Part shown: positions 1 to 9,096 of the stretch, piece after piece
How the letters are laid out: every line of letters begins with the position of its first letter
Position numbering within the stretch: the stretch's first letter is position 1
NCBI GenBank assembly: GCA_020160755.1
Contig: JAIUPN010000009.1
Coordinates: forward strand, 73,694 to 137,693
DNA from: Pseudomonadota bacterium
GTDB taxonomy: Bacteria > Pseudomonadota > Alphaproteobacteria > Sphingomonadales > Sphingomonadaceae
Direction: 5' to 3'
Length of the DNA: 64,000 nucleotides
Position numbers and translations under genes: made by a program
Notes under the pieces: model-generated
The model's database searches: none
Told to the model about the DNA's origin: nothing
Seen by the model: only the letters and a program-made list of their open reading frames with translations

Positions 1-116
1 AGCTCGCCGAACAGCCCGCTGTCGTCGGTCAGCGCCGCCGCGCGCGCTTCGCCGAGGCCCAGCACGTCGGCGAGCAGGGCGCGAAGGGTGGCGTCGACAG
101 TGTTGGCTTCGGTCAT
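1..116 (-). CDS. acyl carrier protein-like (phosphopantetheine-binding), N-terminal part only; gene runs off the window start
   Basis: Reverse-strand ATG at 116 forms an ATGA overlap with the stop of the neighbouring gene. It translates to MTEANTVDATLRALLADVLGLGEARAAALTDDSGLFGEL, which looks like the first half of a PP-binding/ACP domain just before the carrier serine. Absent from the ORF track because it is truncated by the window edge. Confidence 0.45.
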   Translation of the reverse strand, partial: MTEANTVDATLRALLADVLGLGEARAAALTDDSGLFGE

Positions 117-1108
117 GAGTCTTTCCTGAGCAGCGAACGGGCAAATGCCTTCAATGCCGGCCCCCATGCCGCGACGCGCGACGGATTGAAAGCCTCGATG
201 CGCCACAGCGGGTCGTGCCGGTTCATCCAGTCGCGCTTGTATCCGTCGTTGCCGGTGCCGAAGTCGACGCGCTTCACGCCGTCGACCTCGATGACATGGC
301 GGAACAGCGCGGCCGAGAGCAGCGTGCCCGGCGAGGCTTTCAGGCTATCCTCGACGTGCGCAAGCTTGTGGATGAAGGCGGTGCCATCCTCGACGGTCCA
401 ATATTGCGCGGCGACGGGGATGCCGTCGATGCGAGCCAGCCCCATGCGCAGGCGTCCACCGAGGCCTTCGGCCTCGGCGAAGGCGCGCAGCAGCTCGGGG
501 TGGCCCTCTTCGGGTTTCCAGCTCGCGGCATAAATTTGTTCGTACGCCGCCCAGCTTCCGGGATCGAAATCGGTAAGCAGCTGGATATCGACGACGCCCT
601 TCTTCGCCTTGCGCTGGACGGTATTGCGCAGCGCGCCGGGGCGGCTGGCCCACCAAGCGTCATGGTCCATCTCGCCGAGGTCGAGCCAATGACGATCGCC
701 GGCGCGCGTTTCTTTCACCCACCAACCCGCAGCGCGCAGCGCGGCGGCCAGCGCGTCAGGGTCGGCAACAGGGTAAAGCGTCAGACGCGCGGCCCTTTTG
801 CGCAGACCGGCGAAGAGTGCGTGAAGGGCGGCCTCCTGATCTGCATCGCCGTCGAAAAGCGGGCGGATCCCAAAGCTGTACCAGTTGGTGAGGCCCGTCA
901 GGTTGCCGGGGGCTTCGCGGCGCAGCGGCAACCACGCACTTGTCGCACCGGCGCTGCCCCGCGCGTCGAGCCGGCCGCGCCCTGCAAAGCCATAAGCTTC
1001 GAGCAAGCCGAACCACGCCGCCCGGTCGAACGGCGACGCACAGCCGGCCGCGCGCGCTGTGGCGGGCAGCCGCTCATCATTAGCGTGATGTTCACCGTTC
1101 CCTTGCAT
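113..1108 (-). CDS. GNAT-fold acyltransferase, BioF2-like/CelD-like (FemAB-related) family
   Basis: ORF 113..1165 trimmed to ATG 1108, which has GAGGG 8 nt upstream. The motif FIHKLAHVEDSLKASPGTLLSAAL aligns with FSFKTAFDEDFARFSPGVLLQQ of the paralog at 17029..18213. Confidence 0.7.
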   Translation of the reverse strand: MQGNGEHHANDERLPATARAAGCASPFDRAAWFGLLEAYGFAGRGRLDARGSAGATSAWLPLRREAPGNLTGLTNWYSFGIRPLFDGDADQEAALHALFAGLRKRAARLTLYPVADPDALAAALRAAGWWVKETRAGDRHWLDLGEMDHDAWWASRPGALRNTVQRKAKKGVVDIQLLTDFDPGSWAAYEQIYAASWKPEEGHPELLRAFAEAEGLGGRLRMGLARIDGIPVAAQYWTVEDGTAFIHKLAHVEDSLKASPGTLLSAALFRHVIEVDGVKRVDFGTGNDGYKRDWMNRHDPLWRIEAFNPSRVAAWGPALKAFARSLLRKDS

Positions 1109-1143
1109 GGTGCCGCCCTCTATCACTCCACTCCTAACAGCCG

Positions 1144-2676
1144 ATGACCAAAGCCGAAAACCCATCTTCGATGCCGATCGACCATCTCACCCTTCGCGGC
1201 GCGCCGGATGCGGCTGCGCTGCTGATCGGTGATCGGGTCATGACCTTCGCCGAGCTTGATGCCGGCGTCGGACGCCTTGCGTCGTGGCTGCTCGAACAGG
1301 CGGGCGGTCCGGGCGAGCGCGTCGCTAGCTGGGGCGCCAAGACGCGGCTCGCCTGCCTGATGCCGCTCGCCGCGGCGCGCGCCGGGCTGATCCATGTGCC
1401 GGTCAATCCGCTGCTCAAGGGGCCGCAGGTCGCTCACATCCTGTCCGACAGCGGCGCGACATTGCTCGTCACCAATGGCGCGCGCGCCGACATGCTCGGC
1501 GACGGTCTGCCCGACGAATGCGCGGTACAGGATCTGAAGATCGGTGAGGAAGTGATCGATTCGGGCGGGCAGGGGCTACCGCCATCGATTGCCGAACCCG
1601 ACGATCTCGCTGCGATCCTCTACACCAGCGGCTCGACGGGCCGGCCGAAAGGCGTAATGCTCAGCCATGCCAATCTGTGGCTGGGGGCGGAAAGCGTCGC
1701 TTCCTATCTGAAGATCGCGCCCGAAGGCCGCGTGCTCGCCGTCCTGCCGCTCAGTTTCGATTATGGCCAGAACCAGCTGCTCTCGACCTGGTATGCGGGC
1801 GCCGCGGTGACGCCGCTCGACTATCTGACCGCGCGCGACGTCGTGAAGGCGGTTGCGCGCCACAAGGCGACGACGCTCGCGGGCGTTCCGCCGCTCTGGG
1901 TGCAACTCGTCGAGGCCGAATGGCCCGCCGAAACGGCGGCGCATTTGAAGCGGCTGACCAACAGTGGCGGCGCGCTCACGCCCTCGCTGATCGACGCGAT
2001 GCGCACGACGTTCCCAAATGCGGATATCTATCCGATGTACGGGCTGACCGAGGCGTTCCGATCGACGTACCTCGATCCGAAGCTGGTCGCCGACCATCCG
2101 ACCTCGATGGGCCGCGCAATCCCGCACGCCGAGATTCTGGTTTGCCGCGCCGACGGGACGATCGTTGCCGACGAGGAACCGGGCGAACTGGTCCATTGCG
2201 GCCCGCTCGTCGCCAAGGGCTATTGGCGGGACGGGGAGCGAACGGCGCAGCGTTTCAAACCGGCGCCGCGTGCGTCGCGCTATGGCGGGATGGCGGTATG
2301 GTCGGGCGACACGGTGCGCCGCGATGGCGACGGCCTCCTCTATTTCGTCGGCCGCGACGATGCGATGATCAAGACCGCGGGCAACCGTGTCAGTCCGACC
2401 GAGGTCGAGGATGTCGCCGTCGCATCGGGGCTGATTTACGAAGCGGTCGCATTCGGGGTGCCCGACGCCCGGCTCGGCGCCGCGATTATCCTCATCGTGC
2501 GCGGCAAGGACGGCGTCGCCGACGCGGAAGGACTGGCGGGATATCTTCGCCAGAATCTCCCCAATTTCATGCAGCCGCAGGCGGTCGAATGGCGCGATGC
2601 CTTGCCGCGCAATCCCAATGGCAAGCTCGACCGCGTGGCGATTGCCGCCGATTGGGCGAAGGAGCCCGCAGCATGA
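1144..2676 (+). CDS. acyl-CoA ligase (AMP-forming), of the exosortase A system-associated type
   Basis: 510-aa ORF with adenylate-forming motifs LYTSGSTGRPKGV, YGLTE, SGDTVRRDGDGLLYFVGRDD and the C-terminal NPNGKLDR lysine. Sits next to the XrtA locus. Confidence 0.85.
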   Translation: MTKAENPSSMPIDHLTLRGAPDAAALLIGDRVMTFAELDAGVGRLASWLLEQAGGPGERVASWGAKTRLACLMPLAAARAGLIHVPVNPLLKGPQVAHILSDSGATLLVTNGARADMLGDGLPDECAVQDLKIGEEVIDSGGQGLPPSIAEPDDLAAILYTSGSTGRPKGVMLSHANLWLGAESVASYLKIAPEGRVLAVLPLSFDYGQNQLLSTWYAGAAVTPLDYLTARDVVKAVARHKATTLAGVPPLWVQLVEAEWPAETAAHLKRLTNSGGALTPSLIDAMRTTFPNADIYPMYGLTEAFRSTYLDPKLVADHPTSMGRAIPHAEILVCRADGTIVADEEPGELVHCGPLVAKGYWRDGERTAQRFKPAPRASRYGGMAVWSGDTVRRDGDGLLYFVGRDDAMIKTAGNRVSPTEVEDVAVASGLIYEAVAFGVPDARLGAAIILIVRGKDGVADAEGLAGYLRQNLPNFMQPQAVEWRDALPRNPNGKLDRVAIAADWAKEPAA

Positions 2677-3902
2677 AGCCGCACGGCCCGATCCCGCCCG
2701 GCTTTTGCGCCGACTCCGACGGAATGCTGCTGATCGGCGGCGACCGCGCCGAGGCGCTTGCCGACATGGCGGGCGACACCCCGCTGTTCGTATATGACAG
2801 TGCGATGCTGACTGCGCGCGTGGCCGAATGGCGCGCCGCGATGCCCGCCGGGGTCCAGCTTCATTATGCGATGAAGGCGAACCCCTATGCGCCGCTGCTC
2901 GCCTTCATGGCGGGGCTGGTCGACGGGTTCGATGTGGCGTCGGGGGGCGAGCTGAAGGCCGCGCTCGCGAGCGGGATGGCGGCGGGCGACATCAGCTTTG
3001 CCGGACCCGGCAAGCGCGACCGCGAACTCGAAGCTGCAATCGCCGCCGGCGCGACGCTCAATCTTGAATCGGCGGGCGAGGCAACCCGCGCGCTGTCGAT
3101 CGCCGGCCATCTCGGCCTCACGCCCAGCCTCGCGGTACGCGTCAATCCTGATTTCGATCTCAAGGGGTCGGGCATGAAGATGGGCGGCGGCGCCAAGCCC
3201 TTCGGCGTCGACGCAGCCGAGGTTCCGGCGCTCGTCCGCCGCTTGCTGGACGCCGGCGCCGACTGGCAGGGCTTCCATATTTTTGCGGGATCACAGGCGC
3301 TTGATAGCGCCGCCATCGCCGATACCCAGGCGCAGACGGTCGCGCTCGCCGCGCGGCTCGCCAACGAGATTGGCGTCACGCCGCCGCTAGTCAATCTCGG
3401 CGGCGGCATGGGCGTGCCCTATTTCCCCGGCGACAAGCCGGTCGATGCCGCTGCGGTCGGCGTGGCGCTCGGCGAGACGCTCGAAGCGCGCGATCCGGTG
3501 CTCGCCAAGAGCCATTTCGCGATGGAACTCGGCCGCTGGCTCGTCGCCGAAGCCGGCGTCTACCTGACCCGCATCGTCGATCGGAAGACGAGCCATGGCG
3601 AGACCTTCCTCGTCACCGACGGCGGCCTTCACCACCAGCTTGCTGCCAGCGGCAATTTCGGCACCGTGATCCGCCGCAACTATCCGATCGCGGTCGCGAG
3701 CGCGTTCGGTGCCGAGCCGGCCGAAACGGTATCGGTCGTCGGCTGCCTGTGTACCCCGCTCGACCGGCTCGGCGATCAGGTGACGCTGCCGCACGCCGGG
3801 GTCGGCGATCTGATCGCGATCTTTCAGGCGGGTGCCTATGGCGCGAGCGCGAGCCCGGCGACCTTCCTGGGGCAGGGGCCGGCGCGCGAAATGCTCGTCT
3901 GA
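2673..3902 (+). CDS. PLP-dependent decarboxylase (Orn/DAP/Arg decarboxylase fold), of the exosortase A system-associated type
   Basis: In-frame ATG 2673 overlaps the ligase stop (ATGA). Starts MKPHGPIPPGF...TPLFVYD, has the PLP-lysine motif LHYAMKANP and GGGMGVPY. The upstream part of ORF 1677..3902 is an out-of-frame overlap with the ligase gene. Confidence 0.85.
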   Translation: MKPHGPIPPGFCADSDGMLLIGGDRAEALADMAGDTPLFVYDSAMLTARVAEWRAAMPAGVQLHYAMKANPYAPLLAFMAGLVDGFDVASGGELKAALASGMAAGDISFAGPGKRDRELEAAIAAGATLNLESAGEATRALSIAGHLGLTPSLAVRVNPDFDLKGSGMKMGGGAKPFGVDAAEVPALVRRLLDAGADWQGFHIFAGSQALDSAAIADTQAQTVALAARLANEIGVTPPLVNLGGGMGVPYFPGDKPVDAAAVGVALGETLEARDPVLAKSHFAMELGRWLVAEAGVYLTRIVDRKTSHGETFLVTDGGLHHQLAASGNFGTVIRRNYPIAVASAFGAEPAETVSVVGCLCTPLDRLGDQVTLPHAGVGDLIAIFQAGAYGASASPATFLGQGPAREMLV

Positions 3903-3991
3903 CGCGGCGAAACCTGTTCCTTATCGGGACGGTTTTGTGAGGGTGCGGTCCAAACTTACGTCAAGACTAACATTATGTTCACCCTTTTCGA

Positions 3992-4019
3992 GCAATGGCT
4001 GAAGCTGACGCAATGGCTG
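3992..4019 (+). repeat. perfect 10-nt direct repeat GCAATGGCTG x2 (3992-4001 and 4010-4019) upstream of the export operon
   Basis: Read directly from the sequence. Period is 18 nt, and the repeats lie 57-84 nt upstream of the ATG at 4076. They are in the largest intergenic gap of the locus (173 bp). Confidence 0.3.
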
Positions 4020-4075
4020 TCGCTGCGGAGTTTCCGGACCGCAGCTCCCCTGACGGCTCGAAAGGTTGATGGATT

Positions 4076-4732
4076 ATGGCTTCGTTTCCCTCGCTTCGCA
4101 TCGCGCGCGCCGCGCTCGTTTCGGGCATCGCTGCGACCGCGCTGACCGGCTGCATGGGCGCCGGCGGCAAGGCGCCGCAGCTGCCGAGTGCGACCTTCGT
4201 CCAGAATCAGGAAGGGCCGGGCGAGGAATATGTCATCGGGCCGCTCGACGAGCTCCAGATTTTCGTGTGGCGCAACCCCGAACTCGGCGGCAAGGTGCAG
4301 GTGCGCCCCGACGGCCGCATCACCACGCCGCTGATCACCGACATGCCTGCGGTCGGCAAGACGCCGACGATGCTGCAGCAGGATATCAAGCTCCAGCTCA
4401 GCCAGTATATCACCGACCCGATCGTCAGCGTGATCGTCACCAGCTTCAACAGCACCTTCTCGCAGCAGGTGCGCATCGTCGGCGCGACCGAAAAGCCCGC
4501 GTCGATTCCGTTCCGCGCCAACATGACGGTGCTCGATGCAATGATTGCAGTGGGCGGGCTGGGCGAATATGCCGCTGGAAACAAGGCGCGACTCGTCCGC
4601 TTCGACAAGGGCAGCGGCAAGCAGCAGGAATTCGGGCTACGGCTCAACGACCTGATCAAGCGCGGCGACATCAAGGCGAATGTGCGGCTGCAGCCCGGCG
4701 ATGTGATCATCATCCCCGAAAGCATGTTCTGA
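4076..4732 (+). CDS. polysaccharide export lipoprotein, Wza-like (EpsE-type, PEP-CTERM locus)
   Basis: 218 aa. Signal peptide with lipobox LTGC. Poly_export-like PLDELQIFVWRNPELGG and a C-terminal GDVIIIPE (SLBB-like). Confidence 0.85.
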   Translation: MASFPSLRIARAALVSGIAATALTGCMGAGGKAPQLPSATFVQNQEGPGEEYVIGPLDELQIFVWRNPELGGKVQVRPDGRITTPLITDMPAVGKTPTMLQQDIKLQLSQYITDPIVSVIVTSFNSTFSQQVRIVGATEKPASIPFRANMTVLDAMIAVGGLGEYAAGNKARLVRFDKGSGKQQEFGLRLNDLIKRGDIKANVRLQPGDVIIIPESMF

Positions 4733-4778
4733 CCGAAGGCCGCCGACAAACCCACTTCCCGAGGATAGATTTCGACCG

Positions 4779-6311
4779 ATGAACAGCCTTTACGACGAAT
4801 TCCGGGTGGCGCTGCACAGCGTCTGGACACGCCGGTGGCTCGTGCTGGCGGTGGCATGGGGCATCTGCATCCTCGGATGGCTGGCGATCGCCTCGATCCC
4901 CAACCGCTATGACAGCCGCGCGCGTCTGCTTGTCGACATCAACGAAATCCTGCCCGACGAGGTACAGGGCGGGGGCGGGCGTCCGCAGCTCGACCAGATC
5001 CGCGAAACGCTGACCAGCGCGCGCAACCTCGAAAAGGTCGCGGCGACGACGGGCTTGCTCCCCGCAGGCGCGAACGAACGCGAAAAGGCCGGCGCGGTCG
5101 GGATGCTGCAAAAGAGCATCAAAGTCATTCCGCAGCAGGACAATATCTTCGAGATCACTTCGAGCGTTGCGGTCGGCAGCCTGTCGGACGCCGACAATGC
5201 CAAGCTCGCCTCGGGCGTGCTCGATAGCCTGATTACCGTGTTTCGCGACGACCAGCTGCGCGGTGGCCGGATGAACGCGCGCGAGAGCCTCAAATTCCTC
5301 GACGCACAGATCGCCGACCGCGAGAAAGCGCTGCGCGAGGTCGAAGCGCGACGCGGTGCATTCGAGGCGCAGAACATCGGCCTGATCCCGGGCGGCAGCG
5401 GTTCGCCGGCGCAGCGCGTCGAAGCGGCGCGCGCCGAACTCAGTCAGCTCGATTCGCAGCTCGTGTCGGCGCAGGCGCAGCTCGCGGCCGCGAACGGACA
5501 GCTTGCCTCGACCCCCCAGTCGATTCCCGGTGGCGGCGGTGTCGGGGGCGGCGTTGCGCGCCAGCAGCTCGCCGGCGCGCAGAACGAACTGTCATCGATG
5601 CGCGCGCGGGGGCTGACCGACGCGCATCCCGACGTGATCGCATTGAAAAGCCAGATCGCCTCGCTGAAAGCCATGGCCGACCGCGAAGGCGCGAGCGGTG
5701 GCGGCGGCGGGATGCAAAATCCCGCTTATGCCTCGCTCGCCGCGATGCGCGCCGAACGTCAGGCGACGGTCAGTGCGCTGTCGGCGCGCAAGAGCCAGCT
5801 GATGGGCGATATTTCCAAGATCACCGCGCAGCAGATCCAGAACCCCGGCATTGCCGCCGAATACGACCGGATCAACGGCGAATATACCGCGTTCAAGGCG
5901 CAATATGACAAGCTGCTTGCCCAGCGCGAACAGGTTCGCCTGCGTGGCGACGTGCAGACCGAAACCGACGCGATCAAGATCGAACTGCTCGACCCGCCGT
6001 CGAAGCCGACCAGCCCCGCGGCGCCCAATCGGCCGTTGTTCCTGACGCTCGTCCTGCTCGCTGGCATCGGCGGCGGTATCGGCGCGGCCTTTGGCCTGTC
6101 GCAGGTGCGCACCAGCTATTCGACCGCCGCCAAGCTCGAACGCGCGAGCGGCCTGCCGGTGATCGGGTCGATCACCGAAGTCGTGACGCCCGAACGCCAT
6201 CTCGACCGGCGCAAGAAACTCGTCTGGCTCGCTGGCGGTGGGGGCGCGCTCGTCGGCCTCTACGCGCTGCTGCTGGTCGCCGAATTTATCCAGCGCGGCA
6301 TGGTGGCGTGA
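4779..6311 (+). CDS. polysaccharide chain-length determinant (Wzz/GumC-like; EpsF-type, PEP-CTERM locus)
   Basis: 510 aa. N-terminal TM (WLVLAVAWGICILGWLAI), a long coiled-coil region, and a C-terminal TM (LFLTLVLLAGIGGGIGAAFGL). Confidence 0.85.
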   Translation: MNSLYDEFRVALHSVWTRRWLVLAVAWGICILGWLAIASIPNRYDSRARLLVDINEILPDEVQGGGGRPQLDQIRETLTSARNLEKVAATTGLLPAGANEREKAGAVGMLQKSIKVIPQQDNIFEITSSVAVGSLSDADNAKLASGVLDSLITVFRDDQLRGGRMNARESLKFLDAQIADREKALREVEARRGAFEAQNIGLIPGGSGSPAQRVEAARAELSQLDSQLVSAQAQLAAANGQLASTPQSIPGGGGVGGGVARQQLAGAQNELSSMRARGLTDAHPDVIALKSQIASLKAMADREGASGGGGGMQNPAYASLAAMRAERQATVSALSARKSQLMGDISKITAQQIQNPGIAAEYDRINGEYTAFKAQYDKLLAQREQVRLRGDVQTETDAIKIELLDPPSKPTSPAAPNRPLFLTLVLLAGIGGGIGAAFGLSQVRTSYSTAAKLERASGLPVIGSITEVVTPERHLDRRKKLVWLAGGGGALVGLYALLLVAEFIQRGMVA

Positions 6312-6325
6312 CGGAGGACGATGAC

Positions 6326-7351
6326 ATGAACGATCAACGCAAAGTCAAGCGTCCGCCCTCGCTGCTCGAACGCGCGGCCGACATGTTCGGGCTCGATCCC
6401 GCCGCGAATGCGCCGACGATCGACGTATCGAACCTGCCGCCCGAGCCCGAGAAAAAGGCTAAGAAGGCCCAGCCGGCCGAACCCGTCATCGAAGCGCTGC
6501 AGGCCGGAATTGCGGAGCCTGTCGTCGAGGCCGCACCTGCGGTCGAAGCGGCGCCCGCGCCAAAGCCTTCGCCGCGCAAGGATATCGCCAAGGCAGCGCC
6601 CGCCGTCGTTCCGACGCGGCAGGGTACGATCGACCGCGAACGCCTCGCGGCGCGCGGCATGATCGTGCCCGGCACGCCGGTCACGGGCATCTCCGAAGAA
6701 TATCGTATCGTGAAGCGCGAACTGATCCGCAATTTCGGCGGCACCGGCAATCGCCCGATCCTCCCGCGCGGCCACCGTGTGCTGATCGCGTCGGCGAATC
6801 CGGGCGAGGGCAAGACCTTTTCGGCGGTCAATCTGGCGCTCAGCCTCGCGGTCGAGGCAGACCACGACGTGTTGCTGATCGACGCCGACATCGCGAAGCC
6901 GAGCGTGCTCGAAGCGCTCGGACTCGACGATGGCCCCGGCCTGATGGACGCGCTTGCCGATCCGCATCTGCCGCTCGGCGATTGCCTGATCCAGACCGAC
7001 ATTCCGGGCCTGAAGGTCATGCCTGCAGGCACCGGACATATGCACGATACCGAACTGCTCGCCTCGGCGCGGACCGAAGCACTGCTCGGCCAGCTCGAAG
7101 CGGGGGCGCCGGGACGCATCCTCATCCTCGATTCGCCGCCGGTGCTTGCGGCGTCGCCCGCGGCCGTGCTTGCGGGGCATGTCGGGCAGACGATCATGGT
7201 CGTGCGCGCCGACGAGACGCTCGAATCGGCGCTGCGCGACGCGATTGGCCTGATGGGGGCGTGCCCGCATATCCAGCTGTTGCTCAACGGCGTGAAATAT
7301 TCGCCGGGCGGTCGCCGCTTCGGCACCTATTACGGACAGGGAGGCGCGTGA
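6326..7351 (+). CDS. exopolysaccharide tyrosine-autokinase-like P-loop ATPase (EpsG-type)
   Basis: ORF 6308..7351. I prefer ATG 6326 (GGAGGA 7 nt upstream). GTG 6308 (GTGA overlap) is the alternative. Walker A SANPGEGKTFSAVNLA, LLIDADI, and a C-terminal YY in RRFGTYYGQGGA. Confidence 0.8.
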   Translation: MNDQRKVKRPPSLLERAADMFGLDPAANAPTIDVSNLPPEPEKKAKKAQPAEPVIEALQAGIAEPVVEAAPAVEAAPAPKPSPRKDIAKAAPAVVPTRQGTIDRERLAARGMIVPGTPVTGISEEYRIVKRELIRNFGGTGNRPILPRGHRVLIASANPGEGKTFSAVNLALSLAVEADHDVLLIDADIAKPSVLEALGLDDGPGLMDALADPHLPLGDCLIQTDIPGLKVMPAGTGHMHDTELLASARTEALLGQLEAGAPGRILILDSPPVLAASPAAVLAGHVGQTIMVVRADETLESALRDAIGLMGACPHIQLLLNGVKYSPGGRRFGTYYGQGGA

Positions 7352-9075
7352 TGCGCACCATGACCACCATGACCACCATGCGTCATGTGGGAACGCTGGC
7401 GGCTTTGCTGCTCGCCGGGACGGCAACGGGCGCGCACGCGCAATTTTCGGGCGATCCCGGCGCGTCCGGTGCCAGCGAGGGGGCCTCGGCAGGCGCTCCG
7501 GCGTCCGAACCCGGCCGCTCGGCGAAGCGCGCCGAAGGGCGCCGCACGCAGCGGCAGGTTGACGTCAGCCCCTATCTGGAAATCGGACAGGTGCTGACCG
7601 CCGATCTCAAGAACGGCGGCGACGTGCTGACTTACACGACCGTTGCGGCGGGGGTCGACGCCGCGATCGTCACGCGACGCGCAGAACTGTCGGCGACGCT
7701 CCGCTACGAACATCAATTCGGCTGGGGCCGGCAGGGCGATACCGACGTGATCAGCGGCCTTGCCCGCGGCCGGATCGAAGCTGCGCGGGGTCTCAATCTC
7801 GAAGCCGGCGCGCTTGCGACGCGGACGCGCGCGGACCGGCAGGGCGCCGACAGCGGCCTGTTCATCGGCGACGCCAGCAATGTCGCCAACCTCTATTCGG
7901 TCTACGCCGGGCCGACCTTTACGCGGCGTATCGGGGGGCTCGATTTCGGGGCGGGCTATCGCTTCGGCTATACCAAGGTCGATGTCGAAGAGCCCGCGAT
8001 CCTCGCGCCCGGCGCGCAGCCGCAGGATATTTTCGACAGCTCGACCAACCATGTCGCCTGGGCCAGCCTTGGCGCGCGGCCGGGCGACCTGCCGTTCGGC
8101 TGGCAGGTGTCGGGCGGCTATGAGCGCGAGGATGCGAGCCAGCTCGACCAGCGTTACGAGGGTAAATACGCCCGCGCCGACGTCACTGTGCCGGTCGGTC
8201 CGACCGTCGCCTTGCTCGGCGGCGTCGGATATGAGGATATCGAAATCGGCCAGCGCAACCCGCTGCTCGACGCCAACGGTGTCCCGGTTCGCGATGCGAA
8301 CGGCCGTTACGTCACCGACAAATCGAGTCCGCGCCAGCTGTCGTTCGACACCGACGGGCTGATCTGGGACGCGGGCGTGATGTGGCAGCCGAGCCGCCGC
8401 ACTTCGCTCACCGCACGCGTCGGCCGCCGTTATGGCGACACGATCTACACGGGCAGCTTCACCTATCGCGCCGACCATGCGACGACGATCCAGATCGGCG
8501 TCTATGACGGCCTGTCGAGCCTTGGCCGCGGTCTGTCGGGCGGGCTCGCGACGCTGCCGACGCAGTTCGATCCGACGCGCAACCCGATCGGCGGCGGGAT
8601 CAATCCCTGCGTCTTCGGTCAGCAGGGCGGCGGCTGCCTGAACAACCAGCTCAGCAACGCAACCTCGGCACAATATCGCAGCCGCGGCGTGCAGGCGACG
8701 CTGTCGTCGCGCTTCCGCGGCTGGAGCTATGGCGTCGGTGCGGGTTACGATCAGCGCAAGTTGCTGGTGCCGCAATCGTCGCCGATCGGAAGCCTCAACG
8801 GGACGAAGGACGAGAATTATTATCTCTTCGTCTCCGCAGGGCGCCAGCTCGACGTCGATTCGGATCTCAGCCTGTCGGGCTACCTCAGTTATTTCGACAA
8901 TGGAGCGCCGGGCGCGAGCGACGTCCAGTCGGCGGGGCTGTCGGCCGCCTATTCGCGGCGCTTCTGGCGCGGCCTGACGGGGACCGCGGCGGCCAGCCTC
9001 AACGCCTTCGATCAGGAAGGCTTCAACAGTCAGCTTATCGGTTCAGCTTTGGTGGGACTGCGTTACAACTTCTGA
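7351..9075 (+). CDS. outer-membrane beta-barrel protein, PEP-CTERM locus-associated (putative)
   Basis: ATG 7351 overlaps the upstream stop by 1 nt. Signal peptide MRTMTTMTTMRHVGTLAALLLAGTATGAHAQ. Alternating beta-strand-like composition and a terminal ...GLRYNF (aromatic C-terminus). Confidence 0.75.
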   Translation: MRTMTTMTTMRHVGTLAALLLAGTATGAHAQFSGDPGASGASEGASAGAPASEPGRSAKRAEGRRTQRQVDVSPYLEIGQVLTADLKNGGDVLTYTTVAAGVDAAIVTRRAELSATLRYEHQFGWGRQGDTDVISGLARGRIEAARGLNLEAGALATRTRADRQGADSGLFIGDASNVANLYSVYAGPTFTRRIGGLDFGAGYRFGYTKVDVEEPAILAPGAQPQDIFDSSTNHVAWASLGARPGDLPFGWQVSGGYEREDASQLDQRYEGKYARADVTVPVGPTVALLGGVGYEDIEIGQRNPLLDANGVPVRDANGRYVTDKSSPRQLSFDTDGLIWDAGVMWQPSRRTSLTARVGRRYGDTIYTGSFTYRADHATTIQIGVYDGLSSLGRGLSGGLATLPTQFDPTRNPIGGGINPCVFGQQGGGCLNNQLSNATSAQYRSRGVQATLSSRFRGWSYGVGAGYDQRKLLVPQSSPIGSLNGTKDENYYLFVSAGRQLDVDSDLSLSGYLSYFDNGAPGASDVQSAGLSAAYSRRFWRGLTGTAAASLNAFDQEGFNSQLIGSALVGLRYNF

Positions 9076-9096
9076 CCAGGCAACGGGAATAAAACG

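Noticed and set aside
1677-2672. N-terminal extensions of long ORF-track entries. These are 1677..3902 (741 aa), 47802..50153 (783 aa), 42910..44970, 52056..53996, 51076..52566, 10506..12338, 6982..9075 and 13427..15040.
   Set aside because: The extensions overlap the preceding gene out of frame and are Arg/Pro-rich. Recognisable homology begins at an internal start that forms a 1- or 4-nt overlap with the upstream stop.
3996-4030. A possible sigma54 promoter (TGGC...GC) upstream of the export operon, expected if a PrsR-type activator controls the locus.
   Set aside because: Neither TGGC occurrence has the GG-N10-GC spacing (off by 1 and 2 nt) and neither has a TTGC -12 element.
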